Source of the DNA: Candidatus Hydrogenedentota bacterium
Lineage (GTDB): Bacteria; Hydrogenedentota; Hydrogenedentia; Hydrogenedentales; GCA-2746185
NCBI GenBank assembly: GCA_046583315.1
Contig: JAYGCN010000233.1
Location: forward strand, 1-13,094
DNA length: 13,094 bases
Direction of reading: 5' to 3'
Shown here: positions 7,821-13,094 of the stretch, piece by piece
How positions within the stretch are numbered: the first letter of the stretch is position 1
Layout of the letters: each line of letters opens with the position of its first letter
The notes under the pieces: model-generated
The model's input: the letters and a program-made list of their open reading frames with translations, nothing else
What the model was told of the DNA's origin: nothing
Database searches by the model: none
Translations under genes and position numbers: made by a program

Positions 7821-10800
7821 TCAATCCACAAACACAAATTCGTTGAGGTTAAACATCAGGCGCGCGAGACTGGGCAAGCCATGTTTCTCGGTAAATTCGG
7901 ACAGTGTGCCGATCTCGTCGGGTTCTGGATAACGCCCGAGCGCGCGCGCATGTAGAGCCCGGACTCGGTCATTCAAATTCTCGTACTCAGATACCAATCG
8001 TTCTGCCGTATATACAGCCTGCGTCAAAATAAACGCATCGTTGAGCATCGCCAGGGCCTGGGGCGCAGTGAGGGTTTCATTGCGAATCGGCGTATTCATA
8101 TTCGGGTCGGGACAATCGAGTGCTTCGAACAGCGGATCGGGCACGCTGCGCACGATGAATCGATATACGGAACGCCTCCACACGTCGGGTGAATCCTTGC
8201 CGAGAAAATCATACTTGGGCGAATGGTCATGGGTGTAATTGAAGGCTTCGTAGCTGGGCCCGCCCATCGTGAGGTCGAGTTTTCCGCTGATGGCAAGAAT
8301 ACTGTCGTGCACCGATTCCGCGTCGAGTTTGCGGGTATTCATACGCCAGAGAAAACGGTTGCTGGCATCGATCCCAGCGTTTGTGTCATCAATTTGGCTT
8401 GACTGTCGATACGTCGCGCTGGCCAGAATCACACGATGAAGATCTTTTACCGATCCGGTCTTTCGGAATTCTATCGCCAGCCAGTCGAGCAGCTCGGGGT
8501 GCGTTGGTAGATTGCCCGCGCGTCCGAAGTCGTTGGGCGTATCAACGAGGCCTCTGCCGAAATGATATTGCCAGATGCGGTTGGCCATGGTGCGCCACGT
8601 AAGCGGGTTGTCGTTGTCGGTAATCCATTCCGCCAGGTGACGTCGATTTGTGGCTTCGTCGTCTTGGGCGGCCGGGAATTTGGCGGATAGTTCCGAGATG
8701 AAAGACAGAGCTGCCGGAAACACCTGGTCGCCGGGAGTTCCTTCGTTTCCGCGGGGAAGATCGAAGATGGGGCGCGAATCGCGTGACGATACGCTGTATA
8801 CTTTTTTCGGTGAAGAAAGCGCCCCTAGCTGACTGCGATATTCGGCAAGACGTGATGTCAGTTCGGCCTGTTCACGAAGCGCAGATTTTTTCGCGCGACG
8901 GCGCAGGAGTTTGTCGCTCTGTTTCCGAATATCTTCCATCTCCGATTCGACTCGTGCAATCTCATCTTCGTTTTCAGGCTTGTTGGTTTCGAGTCGCGTC
9001 CGGCTGTCGTATCCGTCCACAAGAAAACGCGTGTGCCACCGTCCAAAGTCGATGCTGCTGGATGCGCGAACGGTCTTTCCCTGAGCAACGTTCCCGTCCT
9101 CGGTCATCGCCTCAACTTCTGCTAGCGCAAAGGCGTAGTCTTTGTTGCGTTCCCATAGTTCGTAGGCGTCGATACGTATTTTCCGCACCGGCTTACCACC
9201 GAGTTGCACGACAAACGCGGAGTTACCGGGATTGGGAAAAGCTTCTTGCGCGTAGTCCGCGACAATTTCACCTTCATTGGTCTCGGGGGCATCGAATACG
9301 CGTACCGTAAAACGCCTCGGAAAACCGAAGCCAGGAGTATCCTTGAAATCGGTCGGGCGCGCGGGTATCAGTCGCAATTCGTCGAGGTCAACGGACTCAC
9401 CGAGGTCGATTTCAACCCATTGATGTTCGTCGGGTGTGTTGGCCACAACGCCGTGGTAGCCGTTGGACGGGCTATTGTCTTCTAGTTTCGACTCCAACGA
9501 TCCACGTTTCCGGCCCAGTCGCTCCAGGTCCTTCTGCAAATCGTGGTAGTTCTGCGGAAGGCTGTCCTGGATTGCGTTGTTAACTTTTTCGAGCGACGCG
9601 GAGGTCTGCGAAATTCTGTCGTTGAGCATTCTACGTTCGCTTGCTTTTTGGGGAGATTCATAGTCGCGATCGGCACGTTCAATCCCGGAAAATACTGCTT
9701 GTGTACGGTAATAGTCGACGCGTGGAATCGGATCGAATTTGTGGTTGTGACATCGTGCGCATTGAACCGTGGTGCTTTGGAAAGTGTTGAATACGTTGGT
9801 AAGGATGTCATCGCGATCAAGATTACGCACACGCTTTTTTTCGATGGTGCCCTCGCGTACTTCTTGTTGGCCAACCAAATCCCATGGGCCTGCTGCCAGA
9901 AATCCAGTCGCAATCACGCCGTCAGGTTGTTCGGGTTTCAGAGCATCGCCCGCGATTTGCTCAGCGACGAATTCGGCGTAGGGTTTATCTTCGTTGAATG
10001 CACGAATCACGTAATCGCGATATGGCCACGCATTGTCGCGTCGTTGATCTTTATCGAAGCCGTGGGTCTCGCCGTAGTGCACGATATCCAGCCAGTGCCG
10101 GGCCCAGCGTTCGCCGTATCGTGGAGATTGCAGAAGGCGATCAATCAATTCCGAGTAGGCCTTATCGCCCACCTGATCGGCTCCACCCGTTTCTTGTTGG
10201 CAGGCATTGAGGAAGTTTTCGATTTCGCGCGGCGTGGGCGGCAGACCGTGCAGGTCATAGGTGACGCGACGAATGAGTGTAAGAGGGCTCGCCGAACGGG
10301 ATGGAGACAACCCTTCCGTCTCGAGTTTTTTCAGAATAAAACGATCAAGCGGTTGATCCTCTCCGCCTGGAAGCTCAACCTCAACCAAGGGCTGCAACGA
10401 CCACCAGTCATCTTTGGCGGGTGGCGGCCCAATTAGCGGATGATCCGGGTAGTATGCGCCATCGTCTATCCATTGGCGTAGCACTTCAACTTCTTCGTCG
10501 CTCAATGATTGCTTCGGCGGCATTTTCTCGTCATAGATCAGTTCATAGAGCTTGCTTTCGTCGGGATCACCGGGAATAAGTATTACGCCGTTCTCGCTTC
10601 CCTTAAGTGCGCCCGCCCGATTTGTGAGGTCCAACTCACCTTCACGTTTTTCAGCGTGGCATTCGAGGCACCGATTCACGAGGACATCCTGAACGTGGTC
10701 ATTGAAGTACTGCATTGCGACGGCGTCAGCGCGGGGCTGTTGGGCGTACGTATCGACCAGGGATGTCATTACCAACATCGCAAAGACGAGAGAAATATAA

Positions 10801-10823
10801 TGTTTTTGGAATCGGGGTCGCAC
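7821..10823 (-). CDS. Planctomycete-type cytochrome c + DUF1549 (PSCyt2) + DUF1553 (PSD1) protein with inserted discoidin/F5-8 type C-like module
   Basis: Signal peptide. Haem motifs CLECH (10656-10670) and CARCH (9747-9761). DUF1549 motifs 'LIRRVTYDLHGLPPT', 'YGERWARHWLD' and 'AWPYRDYVIRAFNEDKPY'. DUF1553 motifs 'NPLTWRTMANRIWQYHFGRGLV', 'PTHPELLDWLA', 'RRSVY' and 'PQALAMLND'. GTG start with weak RBS, so the exact start is uncertain. Confidence 0.93.
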   Translation of the reverse strand: MRPRFQKHYISLVFAMLVMTSLVDTYAQQPRADAVAMQYFNDHVQDVLVNRCLECHAEKREGELDLTNRAGALKGSENGVILIPGDPDESKLYELIYDEKMPPKQSLSDEEVEVLRQWIDDGAYYPDHPLIGPPPAKDDWWSLQPLVEVELPGGEDQPLDRFILKKLETEGLSPSRSASPLTLIRRVTYDLHGLPPTPREIENFLNACQQETGGADQVGDKAYSELIDRLLQSPRYGERWARHWLDIVHYGETHGFDKDQRRDNAWPYRDYVIRAFNEDKPYAEFVAEQIAGDALKPEQPDGVIATGFLAAGPWDLVGQQEVREGTIEKKRVRNLDRDDILTNVFNTFQSTTVQCARCHNHKFDPIPRVDYYRTQAVFSGIERADRDYESPQKASERRMLNDRISQTSASLEKVNNAIQDSLPQNYHDLQKDLERLGRKRGSLESKLEDNSPSNGYHGVVANTPDEHQWVEIDLGESVDLDELRLIPARPTDFKDTPGFGFPRRFTVRVFDAPETNEGEIVADYAQEAFPNPGNSAFVVQLGGKPVRKIRIDAYELWERNKDYAFALAEVEAMTEDGNVAQGKTVRASSSIDFGRWHTRFLVDGYDSRTRLETNKPENEDEIARVESEMEDIRKQSDKLLRRRAKKSALREQAELTSRLAEYRSQLGALSSPKKVYSVSSRDSRPIFDLPRGNEGTPGDQVFPAALSFISELSAKFPAAQDDEATNRRHLAEWITDNDNPLTWRTMANRIWQYHFGRGLVDTPNDFGRAGNLPTHPELLDWLAIEFRKTGSVKDLHRVILASATYRQSSQIDDTNAGIDASNRFLWRMNTRKLDAESVHDSILAISGKLDLTMGGPSYEAFNYTHDHSPKYDFLGKDSPDVWRRSVYRFIVRSVPDPLFEALDCPDPNMNTPIRNETLTAPQALAMLNDAFILTQAVYTAERLVSEYENLNDRVRALHARALGRYPEPDEIGTLSEFTEKHGLPSLARLMFNLNEFVFVD

Positions 10824-10914
10824 TGGTCACCGTCCAGTTCGATTTATAATTGAGTCAGTATCGTCATAGAAGTATACCCGAACAATCGAGGGGAAAAAAG
10901 GTGACGACTCATCG

Positions 10915-12792
10915 CTATGGCGATAGACCTATGGTGACGGTGCCGCCGGACGCTTGCAGCCTAACATTTTGGTTGATGGAGATCGTCTCGGATGTTTGAT
11001 CGGAAACTATATTCACGATCGCAGCGTCCGCGGCCGCAGCGATCCCTTCGGTGAGGGAATTGAAGGGGTTGTCTTGCGTTCCGCACTCATCGCCTGAATG
11101 ATCGAATTCAACCCACACGGGAGAAAGGGTCTTCTGCGTGAATCGAAATGCGTATGCGTTTATACCGGTCGCTGTTCCGGGAATTTCTTCGAGATAGTGA
11201 AACAGCCATGAGTCGGCATCAGCGCGTGCGAGATTGTACGAAGTCGAACTGAGTGTAGTGTACGAATTGCTCGCATCGGTTGATAGTTCGACCTGCATCA
11301 GGGATACCTCCGCGACATTGGTAATCAACACGGCAGGCGTCTGATAACCCGTTGCTAAACGTGTGCTTCCGTTCGTATCGAACTGTATGGCTGCCGTGCC
11401 ACTGGACGCCGCGAGTTCATAATGTCCGAAGCTCGTGTTAAAGCCATAGGAGGGTATCTCGCCTCCAGTAGCGAGGGTTCCAATAAGCGCTTGTGCGTAG
11501 GGATTGCCGTAGTCGTGTGAGAAGGGCAGCGAATCACTGACACTTTTGATGGTGGGCAACTCGGTCGATGAACTGCTGCCGAGTTGAAGAAGATACTGGC
11601 GATCATGCGTAACGATTGGCCGAAGACCTGTGCTGCGCCCCCATTGCGTATACGAAATATCGGTGAAGCCCTGATCGTTGAAGGCACCGTAGTTGGCTTC
11701 GCTCCAGAAATCGTATTGGGCGAGCAGCATTCCCGCGCCTCGGGAGCGGGTCCAGTGAGCGAGCACGTAATCCGAGCCCACCGCTGCACCTCCTGGCGAA
11801 TGTATTAGGGAGAAACATCCGCCGACAAGGGAATCCCACAGCGTATCACCGTTGCTACCGCCTTGCCAACGGGATAAGGCGGGATCGGAGCATTGATTGA
11901 TGATGGTTACGTCCCCATCGGCATGAAGGGAGACGGTTTCGTTGAATATGTTTTCGCGTCGGACGAGAAAATCGACATCGGAGGCACTACCGATCGATTG
12001 ATCGACGGTGAGCTGATTCGTACCCACTCTACTTGTGACCAGGACCGGGCCGAATCCACCAGCCGTACTCTCGATGGTGTCGCCTTCGAATACTCCCAAG
12101 GCAACGAAGTCGGTGCCTCCAGTCGCGGTGATGGTGGTACCAATGAAATCGATGCCTGCGCCTCCCGAACCCGGGCCCGAGGCCACCGTCTTCTCCGATT
12201 CATTGATAGTCGTTTCAAAATCGATGTGAATTTTGCCATTTGCGTAAATCGTCCAGTACGTCACGAATGAGACTAGTTCCAGTTCGGGAAATGGATTGCC
12301 CGCAGGCCCTCTTCCATTGTTGAGAAGGGGATGACCCGACTGTTTCAGCCTCACCCGAACGGGATTGGATTCCAGCACATCAAGCTGCGCGGCGCCCGGG
12401 GAAACATTTGGTCCCATGGTGGTCATAAATTCATTTTCCACGCCGCCGCCCGCGCCCAGGTAGATGTCGTAATCGAACAATACTCCGGAACTGTAACCCG
12501 TGTTTGCCCCGCCCGTTGCGAGGTTGTCTGATTCGCCCGGGTCGTATGCGAGGTCGTACCATTGCTGTACACCCCAGTTGTATTGCTCACTGAATACCAG
12601 CTTCCAGTCCGAGGTCTCCACCGTGAAAAGCCCCAATGACATGCGCTCGTCCGTTACGGACATGGGAAGGGCTATCGAAGAGGAATCGGCGAACGCAATT
12701 CGGGGGGCGCCGGATACGGCGAGACTTAGAATTCCATACAGAAAGACATTGGTCGTGCGTATCCAGCTATTTTTGAGTGTCAGATAAAGCAC
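10915..12792 (-). CDS. Hypothetical secreted protein with a C-terminal DUF1565-like tail
   Basis: 625-aa ORF rich in Gly/Ser/Thr/Asp with a beta-strand pattern. Signal-like N-terminus ending AFA|D. The C-terminal ~65 aa read 'PVWVEFDHSGDECGTQDNPFNSLTEG...SETISINQNVRLQASGGTVTIG'. GTG start uncertain. Confidence 0.8.
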   Translation of the reverse strand: MLYLTLKNSWIRTTNVFLYGILSLAVSGAPRIAFADSSSIALPMSVTDERMSLGLFTVETSDWKLVFSEQYNWGVQQWYDLAYDPGESDNLATGGANTGYSSGVLFDYDIYLGAGGGVENEFMTTMGPNVSPGAAQLDVLESNPVRVRLKQSGHPLLNNGRGPAGNPFPELELVSFVTYWTIYANGKIHIDFETTINESEKTVASGPGSGGAGIDFIGTTITATGGTDFVALGVFEGDTIESTAGGFGPVLVTSRVGTNQLTVDQSIGSASDVDFLVRRENIFNETVSLHADGDVTIINQCSDPALSRWQGGSNGDTLWDSLVGGCFSLIHSPGGAAVGSDYVLAHWTRSRGAGMLLAQYDFWSEANYGAFNDQGFTDISYTQWGRSTGLRPIVTHDRQYLLQLGSSSSTELPTIKSVSDSLPFSHDYGNPYAQALIGTLATGGEIPSYGFNTSFGHYELAASSGTAAIQFDTNGSTRLATGYQTPAVLITNVAEVSLMQVELSTDASNSYTTLSSTSYNLARADADSWLFHYLEEIPGTATGINAYAFRFTQKTLSPVWVEFDHSGDECGTQDNPFNSLTEGIAAAADAAIVNIVSDQTSETISINQNVRLQASGGTVTIGLSP

Positions 12793-12840
12793 CGTTGTAG
12801 TTTAGCTTATTTTCAGTTGACCTTCAAAACAGGGAGCGTT

Positions 12841-12873
12841 ATATCGATTGAATTTCGGTCATTCAAGTGATAT
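12841..12873. promoter_or_regulatory. Inverted repeat, candidate operator in a divergent intergenic region
   Basis: ATATCGATTGAAT-N7-ATTCAAGTGATAT: 13-bp arms with 11/13 complementarity and a perfect core TTGAAT-N7-ATTCAA, in the AT-rich gap between divergent genes. Confidence 0.45.
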
Positions 12874-12951
12874 TTTGAGTGGATTAGAGCGTTTACCATA
12901 AGCAAGCAAAGCCAGGCCCTGGTACGAAGGTAAGCAAAAGGAGATCTGATC

Positions 12952-13094
12952 ATGAAGTTGAGGAAGATGATACGCGACGGCATCTGTGTGACAGGGTGTA
13001 CGGTACTGTGTGCCATCGCGCTGCCCGACGCCGGGGCGCAGGACGCCAGTATCGAAAAGAAGACGAAGATACATCGGCTGGAGACCACAAAACG
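12952..13094 (+). CDS. 5' end of a secreted protein, running off the window (not in the ORF track)
   Basis: AGGAG at 12939-12943 lies 8 nt before the ATG. The frame is open to the window edge: MKLRKMIRDGICVTGCTVLCAIALPDAGA|QDASIEKKTKIHRLETTK, i.e. basic n-region, hydrophobic h-region and an AxA cleavage site. Confidence 0.75.
   Translation, partial: MKLRKMIRDGICVTGCTVLCAIALPDAGAQDASIEKKTKIHRLETTK

Noticed and set aside
9543..10436. 297-aa plus-strand ORF, and the other antisense ORFs such as 1089-1703 and 5436-5984
   Set aside because: Antisense shadows of well-supported minus-strand genes, with no recognisable motifs.
10851..10911. Imperfect inverted repeat (TGAGT..TCGTCA / TGACGACTCA) between the 625-aa gene and the DUF1553 gene
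   Set aside because: It needs a bulge and a long loop, and is not convincing as a terminator or riboswitch. A TATACT at 10871-10876 (minus strand) may be a -10 but lacks a supporting -35.
12813..13088. 91-aa and 71-aa minus-strand ORFs
   Set aside because: They are antisense to the better-supported plus-strand gene at 12952 and run through the AT-rich intergenic region.
1..13094. CRISPR arrays, tRNA/rRNA, IS elements, tandem repeats
   Set aside because: All intergenic gaps are under about 160 nt, and I saw no repeated units, cloverleafs or transposase/integrase motifs by eye.

Overview
Bacterial window (roughly mid-50s % GC by eye), densely coding and mostly on the minus strand. (1) 5936->147 (-): an apparent five-gene operon encoding an LCAD-type acyl-CoA dehydrogenase, a Tat-signal fold-type-III PLP enzyme of D-threonine-aldolase type, a Tat-signal FAD oxidoreductase (ALO/VAO family), a Sec-signal stand-alone LanC-like protein with a CCG zinc motif, and a secreted YceI protein. 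(2) 6095-6367 (+): a divergent, C-terminally truncated cNMP-binding-domain gene. (3) 10823->6413 (-): a planctomycete-type cytochrome c/DUF1549/DUF1553 gene coupled to a DUF1501 gene. (4) 12792->10915 (-): a 625-aa secreted protein of unknown function with a short DUF1565-like C-terminal tail. (5) From 12952 (+): the start of a divergent secreted-protein gene that the ORF track misses. No RNA genes, mobile elements or CRISPR arrays were seen. The best candidate for a new system is the first operon: its oxidase and aldolase resemble Pseudomonas SphC/SphD sphingosine metabolism, joined here by a secreted LanC-like protein that has no lanthipeptide partners in the window. All family calls come from motif recognition by eye, not database searches.
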